Positions 1-10,920 of a stretch of DNA of 41,482 nt are shown here, in pieces. Every line of letters starts with the position of its first letter. Position 1 is the first letter of the stretch. Both the position numbers and the translations under genes were made by a program. The notes under the pieces are model-generated. The model was not told the DNA's origin, did no database searches, and saw only the letters and a program-made list of their open reading frames with translations. Source of the DNA: Bigelowiella natans CCMP2755 (taxonomy: Eukaryota > Protista > Cercozoa); assembly GCA_000320545.1 (NCBI GenBank), contig ADNK01003028.1:1-41482 (forward strand). Reading direction: 5' to 3'.

Positions 1-158
1 GATGTCCGGAAATGTAGTAGCATCCACTTGTGTCAGAGAGAGAGACAGACAGAGAGAGAGAGGGGGGGGGGGGAGGGGGAACTTTTTACTCGTGCACTGA
101 ATACCAACACAAAGTATTGCGTAATCACAGCTATCATAGATCGTGAAATTTTCACTAC

Positions 159-526
159 CTTCGCCTTCTTCGCGCGGCGGGCATCTATAAGATGCGGAAG
201 TATTAGGAATATCGGGTCGACTTTCGTCGCGACGTATAGACTTCCATCTGGCTCCACGCTATCATCTATGAACCAGCTGCCCTGAAGAAGATGAAAAGCG
301 CCATAGAAGTTATCCGGGCGGAACATTTTCATTAAGTTAATGCACCAGAATTCCTACTTAGACCTACCGTGTCGGTGCTGACTTTTTGAAGCTCAAATAT
401 GACTCCCTTTGATCGCAGGTATTGGACCTTCGAGCCATATTTCGGATGACGAAGAAAAACAGGCTGAATGCTTTTCGCGTCGGGGGGCTTTTGAGGGAAG
501 ATCAGCACACGTCGAGGTTCTGCCAT
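159..526 (-). CDS. RNASEH2B: Ribonuclease H2 subunit B, first two exons (gene continues off the left edge)
   Basis: Exon 526-368 (MAEPRRVLIFPQ...FLRHPKYGSKVQYL...IFELQKVSTDT), GT..AG intron 367-282, exon 281-159 (GSWFIDDSVEPDGSLYVATKVDPIFLILPHL...). LRHP and SWFI..V..DG.LY.AT..DP.F..LP.L are RNase H2B/Ydr279 N-terminal hallmarks. Confidence 0.88.
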
Positions 527-727
527 GATACCTATCCCTATTTTTTCCAAACTAATTCCACTACTATGGGACGCCCCGATTCCCCACCCCTTCGCTAGCT
601 TCGGTCTTTGAGATGTTGTTCGTATCGTGGAAAGAGCGGGAAAAGACAAGGGCTTCCCGCATTTTCGTATTGCACAAAATGCAGGCATTACCATCATTGC
701 GACAACATCCGGAACAACACAGATGTG

Positions 728-747
728 TACTCGTAGATCTACGAGTA
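728..747. promoter_or_regulatory. Perfect 20-bp palindrome TACTCGTAGATCTACGAGTA; candidate cis-element
   Basis: The palindrome is directly visible, about 200 bp upstream of the RNASEH2B ATG and at the left edge of the TpA-depleted island. Function is inferred only. Confidence 0.35.
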
Positions 748-780
748 GTTTTTCATCATTGTCATTGCTTCACAATGACT

Positions 781-1950
781 GAATCATGCCATTTTGAAAA
801 ACCAGCTAGTTGATTTGCTAGTCACAGTCCTCACTGAAGCCAGTTCGAGGCACTGCATTTCGCACACTGCAAATGTCTTGCAACATTTTGGAAACGTAGT
901 TCGTCATCATTGTTCATTGTTCATTGTCATTGTTCTCATTGTTCTAGAGAAGTCGAGAAAAATGTCATCGTCCTTCCTGCAACTTGTGCTCTTCAAGTCC
1001 TTGCAACGAGTGTTGTTGAGGCTCTGCTGCATGCAAACGCCTGTCTCCCATGTGGTTCTGGCGCATGTAGATTTGATCAACGCTTTGTTCATTGTTCATT
1101 GTTCATTGGAAGTGCAGAACCATCATCAAGTTCATTGTTCATTGTTCATCTCCACACACCAGCGTCACACCGCAACACTTCCTGCGCTCTTTCCTGAGCT
1201 AGACGATGGTTGCGAAACAGCGTGCGCATGCTCGAAGGTCACGTGTTGCGTGTGTGCGAACTGCAAGTTCCTTCTCCGACAAGGCTTGCAAGTTGTCTTT
1301 GCTCCATGTCATTGAAGTGCAATGATCTTTTCGTGATCGGTTTTGTTTGAGGCGCAAGAGCATTCTCACGTTGTGTTTGCGTGCCACTGCTTGTCATTGC
1401 GTGCATTTGAAAGACCCCTAGCTAGCTGCGTGTAGCCCGCAATGGACGATGTGAAAATTGAGTGCACACACTTGGCTAGTTGGTGTCTGTGCTAGCTGTG
1501 CATGACCGCACGTCTCAACTGGCATGCGCGTCCACATGCCAGCATGCTAGCATGTGGATGTGTGAATCGCTAGATCGTGCGTGTGGCAGGTCTCTGCTAG
1601 ATCTAGCAGATGCAAATTGCTGATGCGACAAGCTGGTGGTGAGACATGATGCCTGTGCGCACCACGCAGCACGAATGACATCTGACAGCATGCATGCATG
1701 TGACAGTTTGCTAGTTTGGCACGTTTGCACAAACAGCTCACTAGCTCGATCGTCCTAGCTCATGCCAGAATGTGCACGACGCTACATGCCTAGATGCTCC
1801 ATGATGATTTCCTTCATCTCAGCTGCATTCACTACACAATGAATCGGCGCAATGGAGTGCAACAATCATGATGCATACACAATGCACACTGCATCGTAGC
1901 TTTTTTGGCGATGTCATGTCTCATTGAACAGTCGCAATGTCACATTTTGT
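781..1950. other. Intergenic TpA-depleted, TpG/CpA-rich island (hypermutated DNA, possibly a decayed repeat or gene)
   Basis: Hand count for 781-1860: 21 TA dinucleotides, all in CTAG (16), GTAG (3) or CTAC (2). No TAA, TAT, TTA or ATA. CG is frequent. Contains (TCATTGT)n arrays. Confidence 0.85.
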
Positions 1951-2109
1951 TGGCACTGCTAGATTAGGTATGGAGTTTGTGGTGGCACATACAACGTGGT
2001 TGGACATGCATGACTTTTAGTTGAGGTTTTCATGAATACAAGGATAAAAAGAAGGATTACGGATACGGTGACATTCTTCTATTTTGCAATATCTTAATAC
2101 CTCATCGTA

Positions 2110-3753
2110 TCAGGAGGATTCTGGCAAACGTTGATACACATTAGGGTTAGCTGACGAGCAGCATCCGCCCTCATTCTGAATGGAAAGAACAGACATCATT
2201 ACTACTAATCTTTACTACACAATTGGGTTTAATATTTAATTTCCTTCTCACTTTAATATTTGACGCCATGTTGCTGCCATTTTCATCAAAAATAGCACTT
2301 CCTTCCTTTAACTCAGACCCATAACTAGTAGAAATGGACAGTTTAATTAGGCTGAAATTAATACGACTACAACAATGTAAATTCTGAAAAAGTATTAAAG
2401 CGTTTAGAATTATTCTCGTCATCATCATCAACATTATCATCCTCATCAATCATACTACTTAGCGATTGAGCCGGTGGGAAGGAGACTAATTTTGTTTGTT
2501 TGTGAGTCAGATGCTTGCAAGGAAGTGCCTGAGAAGCAGTTACGTGGATGAGAGATCTATGAGGTGATGGTGAAGAAGAAGAAGAAGATGATGATGATGA
2601 TGATGATGATGTTGACGATGAGGTCTTCACCGCAACAACTAACAACTTAAAGCAGCATCTATCTCAAGTACTACCTTCACAACATGGTGTCGCCCCTTCG
2701 CTTACAGGACTAAATACAACACAACAGCACAATGGACAACAAAGAGAACACACACTCTTACCTACTGCTACTACTGTTTACTATTACTACTATTACACCT
2801 ATGCCTGTTGAACGTCACGTGTTTATTACTGTTACTATTACACCTATGTCTGTTGAAAATCACGTGTCCAATAGCTAGCCCAATCACAACAGAGGCAAAT
2901 AAAGGGGACGAGAATGTCATCGCTACTAGCATCAAGAGATAACCTTTTTAAAAAACATGATAAACAATTGTTGTTAAATGATAATGATGTGAGTTCTTAC
3001 TTCTGAAAGCAAGCAGCAAGCAGCAGCAGCAGCAGCAGCTGCAGCTGCAGCAGCATACACAACACTAACATGGCGGTTTCCACTATTACTCAGAGCACCT
3101 AGGCACGTCTGAATGGCATATGTGATTGCCTCTATAATGCCACCGACTCCTTTGAGCATTCCGTCAAAACATTTCCCCCCTTCATGGTCTTCTTCTCCCG
3201 CTCCTCTTTTTTCGTCGATAATCCTAGCAGCCGATACCTACAAGCACAGACAGACAACACAGTTCCAGACATCAGGGAGGAGGAGGAGGAGGGGGGGGAG
3301 GGGGGGGGGGGGGGGGGTCACGCAACAACCAATGGTCACAAGTAATGGTCATATAACAATAATACTACTAAAGTAATACAACTCAACGACTCTCTCGAGG
3401 GAGGGAGGGACTGCTGCTGCTGTGGAGCAATAAAACGAAAACAAAACTAGCAACAACTACCGCCACCGAAAACAAAGTATTATACACAGTAAATACATTT
3501 TCTCCCAAGGTAGACAACTACAACGATGACTATTGTTGTTACTATTAAAGTAAGGGAAACCGTCGACAAAGCATCTAGCTTCCTACCACCTTTTTTTGCT
3601 GCTGTGTCCTTAGAAATCTCCTTAACGCAATGATAACTTCTAGAAGGACCCCCATTCCAATTACACCAAAGCAAGCCCAGATATACCTTTATTATTATTA
3701 TAGAAACAGCAGTATTAGTAGTATTACTATTGCTATTATTATTACTATTATCC

Positions 3754-3786
<33 letters not shown>

Positions 3787-5482
3787 ATAGAAGGAGACAC
3801 GCTGACAACGACTGAGTGAGAACGACAAAGAGTAGTGGTTGATGATGATCATTCCTATATCTTATTTTTACCTCCTCCTACTACAACTGCTAAAATATTG
3901 ATTGTTGGGATACTGTAGTAGTTGGTAATGTTTGCTTTGTTGATGTTGAGTAGCAGTAGCAGTAGTAGTAGTAGTAGTAGTAGTAGTACTTGGCTTTCGT
4001 ATCCAGCACCCAGTTAGGAAAGAGGAGAATAACACACGCTTGCTTACTACTCGTTGGATTCTGAAACCCTTCCATGAACATTGAAACCGCATTTTCTCGA
4101 TTACAAAATTTGCCATTATCCCCCTGTATAAGAATATTGTTAAATAATAAATGGAACGACCATAAATCTAATCATTGGGTGTGTGGTATTAATGCTATAA
4201 TAATTTTATCATTATTTTGAATGGCTGGTTGCTGTTGGTGTTGGTTTTGTTATATCGTAGAAGAAGGAGGTTATTATTGGGATGAGGAGGGTGCTTTTAG
4301 TAGTAGTAGTAGTAGTAGCAGTAGTTGTTGTTGTAGTAGTAGCGGTACTTTCTTTGTTTTCCCTCTCCTACTATGAATCCTACCGTTCCTCCCGCCGTCG
4401 CATTGTTGGCCAGGCATTTCGGCAGACACCTAGCAAACAAACATCATGTGTACTGTGAAGATTCTCTTCAAAAACAAACTGCTGCTGCAAGTAGTGAGAT
4501 ATGTTATTTGTCGGTGATCATTATGAAATTATATTGCAATTTCTTAATTTATTCTTGCTAGTTAGTCAACTTATCGATAAAAATGTTGAACACTGCTGTA
4601 ATTATCAAATAATGATTTATTAGGGACATTCATCCATCGTCTTCATCATGATAGGCGTTAGATATCGATGATTCATAATATTCATTTTTATATTTTTTAC
4701 TACTTATATGTTTATAAGTTTATGACGACCCCATTTTCCCTGGATCACACGGTTCTCCCGTACTAGTTGATAGGCACTCCTTCTGATATAATAGAGTTTT
4801 AACTCAGCAGCCATAATGTCGATGTTGTTGAATTTTGAAAATTGTTGAATTATCGCTTTTAGCCGTCGTGGTCGTATTTGTTTTTATCTTGTCTTGATGA
4901 TTTTCTTGATCATCTTCTTCTTACATGCTGCGACGCAGAACATTGAGGATCATCAGCTGCCCAACATTTCATCCAGCAATGAAACTCACCAGCAGCGCAT
5001 CCTACCTCTATATGTTTAATATATATTAAGAGAAGAATTAGAGAGGGAGGATAAATAACAGATATTATTCAATTACTATGAGCAACGACCTTCCTTGTGG
5101 ATGGTGTAACGGCTGCTGCTGCTGCTGCTGCTTCTGGTTCCGTTTTCCCTTGATGCTGCTACTGCCACTCTTGTTTGTTCGTCATCATCCTGATACACCC
5201 TTGCACATCCTAACGCCGAAAGAGAGGAGGAGGGGGGGGAGGAGGAAGAAGAAGGAGAAGAAGACTCGAGGGACGGAATAATGAATAACGGAGAAGAAGA
5301 AGAAGAAGAAGAAGAAGAAGAAGAAGAAGAAGAGGGGAAAGAGGAGACAGTAGGAGAAAATGTTAGCAGCCCTATTCACCACACCTATCAAGCCAATGCC
5401 ATCAGTATCAATTAAATCACTAACTTTCCATACATATCACGATTACTACTTACTATTACTACTTACTATTACTACTTACTAT

Positions 5483-5520
<38 letters not shown>

Positions 5521-6048
5521 TAAACAGCAGCTAGTACCTGAAGCATCAATTGCATTGATCGGTACGCTTGAAAAGTAACCCCTGCTTCAGTGCTGTACGC
5601 ATCTGGAGGTGGTAGAAACATCCTTCCATACCATAGCCTTGTAGCTCCACTAGGGACCCGTACGGCATGTGGAACAGAGCTTCGAATGGTAGTATCATCA
5701 TCATGATCATCACGATGATGATGATGATGATCACGAGAGGACTCTTCTAACTTGACCCACCTCGCCATCCCTGCTCCCATCATGAAGACTAAACAATGCG
5801 GGGAAGGAAATAGTGCCTCCACTTTGCTTGTATTTCTTAGTTCTATGAAGAAGCCTGGAGAGGCATCGAAGATCTTGTCATCGTGGGGTTTTTCCCTCCG
5901 AGGGGTGAAAGACGAAGACGAAGAAGAAGAAGAAGAAGTAGTAGCGAGAAGTGCGGGGGAGATAGCAATAAAGAGGCCATCATCAGTGTGGAAGTCTATT
6001 GAATGATCATTAGCTGTGCTGCTCCTTATTTCCTGAATTGTACCGTGG

Positions 6049-6079
<31 letters not shown>

Positions 6080-7123
6080 CAAATTAGAAAGTTCAACATG
6101 TGTGTCGTCGATCGATATCACGTTTTTTCACGAGATTTCTCGAAGAAGTAGTCTATGTCGACCAATCTAATACTACCTGAGCACGTTCAGCTACTGATGG
6201 GGCCTTATATGTGTGGAAATGGTCAAGTTGCTGTGCATGTTCCAAAGCATGACCCAGATCTCCATAGAAAGAATTATTATCCCCAGGTCTGATGAATGTT
6301 ATAGTCACCACATATTGAATTATTATCTCAGGTCTGATGAATGTTATAGTAGTCACCACATATTTTGAGAATGATCACACACCAACTACCCTCTTTCAAT
6401 TTGCAATCCATTGAAAGCCGTATCCAAGCTTTTGATGAAGTCCTTGCTTACCTTGTAAGGATTTGTGAGAGGGGGGGCGGGGGGGTGGGGCACGCACATA
6501 TAAGTTGATATGATAAAATGATGCTCGCCAATACTTTTTTCTTTAGCATACCTCTGTGGTCAGCTTCCTTAATCTCGAGGATATAGCTGCAAATCGAGAG
6601 CACTTAGACTGTATCTGGTGCTCGAAAGGCATGGAAACTCCGGATCCTGCATGAAGCAGCATTGTTTCAAAATCAATAGCAACAGCATTGTACCAAAGTT
6701 ATCGATTGCCTTAATCTACTATGAATAATACAAACATCTCTACTCCCCACTTGTTTCAGATGCAAGTGTAAGCCGCAGTGTCCCATCCTGAAGTGCTTCC
6801 CTCGCAAATAATTGGGAATGCTCAAGTGCACAATTTTCTAGAGATTCCATTGCACCAATGTGGAGCTCCTTCATCATTGGAATATCTGTTATAGCAACGA
6901 TTCCATGTTCTCTGAGAGTCTCTGAGAAGGATGTTGATACGATTCCTTGCCTCCCCCATCCATTTCGTCTACTTCCTTCCTTCAGAAAGGAGTATGGAAC
7001 TGAAGGAACGTGGAATGGAGGATAGAAAGAATCGTCCACATGATAAGGGCTACCCCAATCGATGGAGTTTGCAGCTATCACGGTACACCATGAATGTACG
7101 AGTAGCAGAAGTAGGTATTTCAT
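2110..7123 (-). CDS. Signal peptide + 2OG-Fe(II) dioxygenase-like domain + Cys-rich linker + Ctr (SLC31) copper transporter fusion, about 17 exons
   Basis: ATG 7123 (MKYLLLLLVHSWCTVIAA). Exon 6032-5538 has IDF-HTD-DGLFIAISP, VP-H-AV and T-R-LWYGRMFLPP. Cys-rich exons at about 5005-4384 (GCAAGEFHCWMKC, ECLSTSTGEPC, CLPKC). Exon 4123-3990 MFMEGF...CVILLFPNWVLDT. Exon 3686-3590 YIWACFGVIGMGVLLEVIIALRR (TM1). Exon 2943-2844 GYLL-MLVAM-TFSSPLFASVVI-GLAIG, an exact Ctr MxxxM-x12-GxxxG motif. Tail has PCC and GCC; TGA at 2112-2110. The 5538>5264 junction needs a GAG acceptor and is the least certain. Confidence 0.78.
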
Positions 7124-7526
7124 AATCCTTTAATCTACTGCTGCCTGCCCCTATCTCTGCCTCGCTTAATTGTGCCCTACTTCTACTACAACTACTAGCA
7201 CTGCAGCTAGACTGGTTTATGGTTGGCCGGTCTCGTCTGCCTTCTTTCTGATGAATTAATTATTGGCTAATAAATAATGATAAATAAATAATATAATAAC
7301 AGGGATTTTACCATGTCGTAGGTAATAATTACATTGGATTAATAATGATGAATGGATGGTTTAATCGACTTCCTTTCTGTCTGCCTTCCTTTCTGTCTTT
7401 CTTTCTTTCTTAGTTTATTAGATCTTGTTAGATCTAGATCTAGATCTAGTTCACTTCCCGACTTTTCTTCTTTGACTTCCAAGAAGAATAAAAAGCCCCC
7501 CACCTCTACCTTCCTCTCCTCTAACC
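7124..7526. promoter_or_regulatory. About 400-bp divergent (bidirectional) promoter region with (TAGATC)3 at 7429-7449
   Basis: Lies between head-to-head ATGs at 7123 (-) and 7527 (+). AT-rich core at about 7255-7350. Confidence 0.55.
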
Positions 7527-10500
7527 ATGGCTGACAATACAGTTGACGAGAAAGCAGCATTTGAGGCAATAAAAGTGCCCTCTCAAAGCAACAAAGTAGA
7601 ATATCAAGACGAACAGGAAAACAATACCTAATGTAATTCCTCTACATTCAGGTATACAACAGGGAATGCGTGTTTTCTTTCCAAAACCCTTACAGCCCCG
7701 GAGGCCTGTACGTAAATCTCAAGACCTTTCAAGGTGTAGGACCGGACTTTCTTCCTTTGGATCAAAAACGAAACCGATTCCCGATCTATCTCCATCAACA
7801 ATGGAAGCGTAAGGCCAAGAAAGATGCTGAAGAAGATAAGCCAACGGTAGAATTTGAGAATGTATTTTTTTTTAAATTTGAATAACAATAGTCCATTGCT
7901 ACCCTTGCAGAACGCTCCAACAAAATTTGCGATCGGAGTTGAAGGCGGGTTCCAACTGGATGATCAAAAGATTGATATTATCAAAATAAACACCGTAGTT
8001 GTGGTATGACCAATCACTTTAGTTTTTCATATTTTCATTTCAATGGTTGTACTCATAACCATGCATAGTGCGGGTACATAATCATGCGTATTCGCTTATT
8101 GCACTTCAGGTGGGGCCTGATGGTAAGAAGCAAAAATCGTATCCATTTGACGGAAGTGACAAAGTATTGCCGAAGAACGTAGTTCAATCTGTCAACTCTG
8201 TCTTGGCTCGAACAGATTCTACGGAAAGCAAGGTAGGAAGAGAGCGAGAATGAAGGAATCTATGCATCTTTTTGACTATCGGTGTGTTGATAGGACATCT
8301 TCGCAGGGTCATTAGAGGAAGAAGTCAAGGAGAGCAAATTTGCCAAAGACCTTGTAAAAATCCAGCACTCTTTTCCTCCTCCATGATCGAACTACTAACC
8401 TCAATATATTATACATCATTCCAGGTTCAGCTTGACAATGGTAAGAAGATTCCAAATGATCACGAGAAATGGGCTTGTGAGGTAGGTAGAAGTCAATCGA
8501 TTTACATTTGTTTATTGCATTTGACCCCCCCCGTACGAGAATGTCCGTTTGTACTTAGGACTCTGGTTTGAAGAAAAACCTCTGGTTGAACCTTTCGACG
8601 GGATATATTGGAAGTGGCAGAAAGGAAACTGGGGTTATTCGTAACACAGAAACTGATTACTTGTCAAACGACTCATTTCATGTTTCTGGCTATAATCACC
8701 AGGGGACTGAAGCTGCTATCAAGCATTATGAAGATACGGGGAGGAAGTTAGTTGCAAAATATTATTTCAATCATGATACATGAACACCATGAGAGCATAT
8801 GATGAAAACGATGGTAATACAGTGAAGATAGACTATGAATGGTTGCTACATACAGATATCCTCTAGTCGTAAAACTAGGAACCATAACTCCGGAAAAGGT
8901 CGAGATATACAGCTACGCGGAGGTAACGAACACTAGCAACCTAGAGGAAGAAGAGTGGGCCGTTTTACTTTCGTGTTCGCTGTAGCGAACAGTAGGTCTC
9001 GGCTTACTAGGAAAGGACAAATTTGTTCTTATTTTAGCTGCTTTAATCAAATTGTACAACTGTATAATTACTTTACTCGTTGTAAATCAGAACGCCATGG
9101 TTAGTGATGCTCTAATCGACAAGCACCTTGCTCATTGGGGTCTGGATCGTAAAAAACTATTTCAAACGGACAAGGATATGACCCAATTAAGCATCGAAGC
9201 CCAATCAAAGGTTGTAGTAGTGTCGACGCATGTACCCATCGTATTGATTGATTGACTAGTTTATTGTTGATGTGTCCATATATTTCATAACGATCTTATA
9301 TTAGCTCTTTCATCGTCTTTTAATAGGCATTTGAAGCAAGTCTTATTACCGGAGAAGGGGAGAAGCAGGTAGTACATAAATTATTATCTCCAAGTTAGCC
9401 GACGGAAAATTATGTAAAGATTGTAAAAAGCGTCGTAAGCACGTTCTTGCATTATTAACTACTAGAACAGCGCGTTATTCATCATTGTACTTTCCAAATG
9501 ACAACTCAGGAAGTCGCAACGGGAGTTGGCTACCAGGGCCTAGTTAACTTCGGTACTATACCAGTTTAGGAAACCACTACTGAAAACGAAGGCTCAAATA
9601 CAAAGCATTTGTTACTACAGCAATCCCTCTAACAACCTGAGCTTGTAGCATCGTAAATAGTTCTATCCCCTCCCTTCAAAACAGGAAACACGTGCTACTT
9701 GAACTCGACGTTTCAGCTTTTATTTTCTGTGCCTGAGTTCAAGAAGAGGTGCTTATTTACCAAAAATGGAAAAATAAAATAGTTATATCGTTTAAATATC
9801 AGTAACGTTTCTCAACACAAGGAAGTTATTGTATTACTTTGACTGTTTTTCACTAGGTATGTTGAATTCGCATCAAGAGTGTTCGAGCGGTCCCCATCTG
9901 ACCCAGCTGCGGATATCACCACGCAGTTGTCTAAGTTAGCTACAGCTTTAAACTCTGATAAGTACCAAGGAGAAACGGACGAGCATAAGAAACTGAAGGA
10001 GGATACCAAGGTACCGCTGCAAGTAGTAGTAGTTGTAGTGGAAGTAGTAGTTGTAGTAGCAATAGTAGAAGGACTTGTAGCTCATAATACTATATTGTTT
10101 GTTTTCGACACTTCTTCTACTTTTTCTACTAGCTTCCTGAGCTGTCGGACCCTGCTGCAGAAGTTAAACCCAAGATGCTCAAGTAGTAGCACTCAACGTT
10201 CTACCACCAAATTCATTATTAATTGCCTTTGTGTAAGTGTAGTAAAATCCCTTTTTTACTTACTAAAATAGAAAAGCAGTGGCACGAGATCATTGGGAGT
10301 TTTCTGGAGGGCGGCAGCAAGACGCACAAGAATATATACTTCATGTCTTTCAGGTAGAAGCAACCTTAGTAGTGCTAGTAGTCGTAATTATAGTATTGTT
10401 TGGTACAGGTGGTGGTGGCGCTTGAATACTTTCTAATCTACTTTAATCAGTACTGCAGTATCACCAACCACATTACAAACTTGTTCACTCAACATTACTG

Positions 10501-10871
10501 CTACTACAATAATAACTAATCATAGGCTATTTCAAGAGATGCAAAGCAGTTTCCCAGTACACCAGGTACTAATTGTTGGAAAAGCAAGTAATTTTAGTAG
10601 TAGTGGTAGTAGTAGTAGTAGTATTGGTGATGGTGGTGGTGGTTGGGGTAGTATTTGCAGTAGTTGCTCACAGAATCGATAAATCCTTCGATAGACTCCA
10701 GCCACCACATTATTACACTACAACATAAAAGCCTAATTACCGTGCTGACCAAGTGCAATTATTTTCGAGCCAACGACATAGATATCCTTTATTATTCCAG
10801 GGAATTCGGATCTAACAAAACTCTTCGAGTTTGCTTCAGAAGAAAAGACAGTCGATGCCCAGTCCAAACAG

Positions 10872-10920
<49 letters not shown>

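Noticed and set aside
794-1315. 173-aa ORF and neighbouring Cys/His/Met-rich ORFs (907-1741, 39567-39925)
   Set aside because: Loss of TA removes TAA stops and turns Tyr codons into Cys/His, so long C/H-rich ORFs are expected artefacts. No recognisable domain.
781-1950. CpG methylation-deamination or classical RIP as the cause of the TG/CA excess
   Set aside because: CG dinucleotides are plentiful and TA is depleted rather than enriched, the opposite of both predictions.
2141-2150. TTAGGGTTAG telomere-like sequence
   Set aside because: Fewer than two units, and it lies inside the predicted last coding exon of the Ctr fusion.
5376-5378. In-frame TGA after a candidate acceptor, suggesting selenocysteine or stop reassignment
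   Set aside because: TGA terminates USP5, rhmD and the Ctr gene normally, no conserved exon has an internal stop, and a downstream acceptor avoids this codon.
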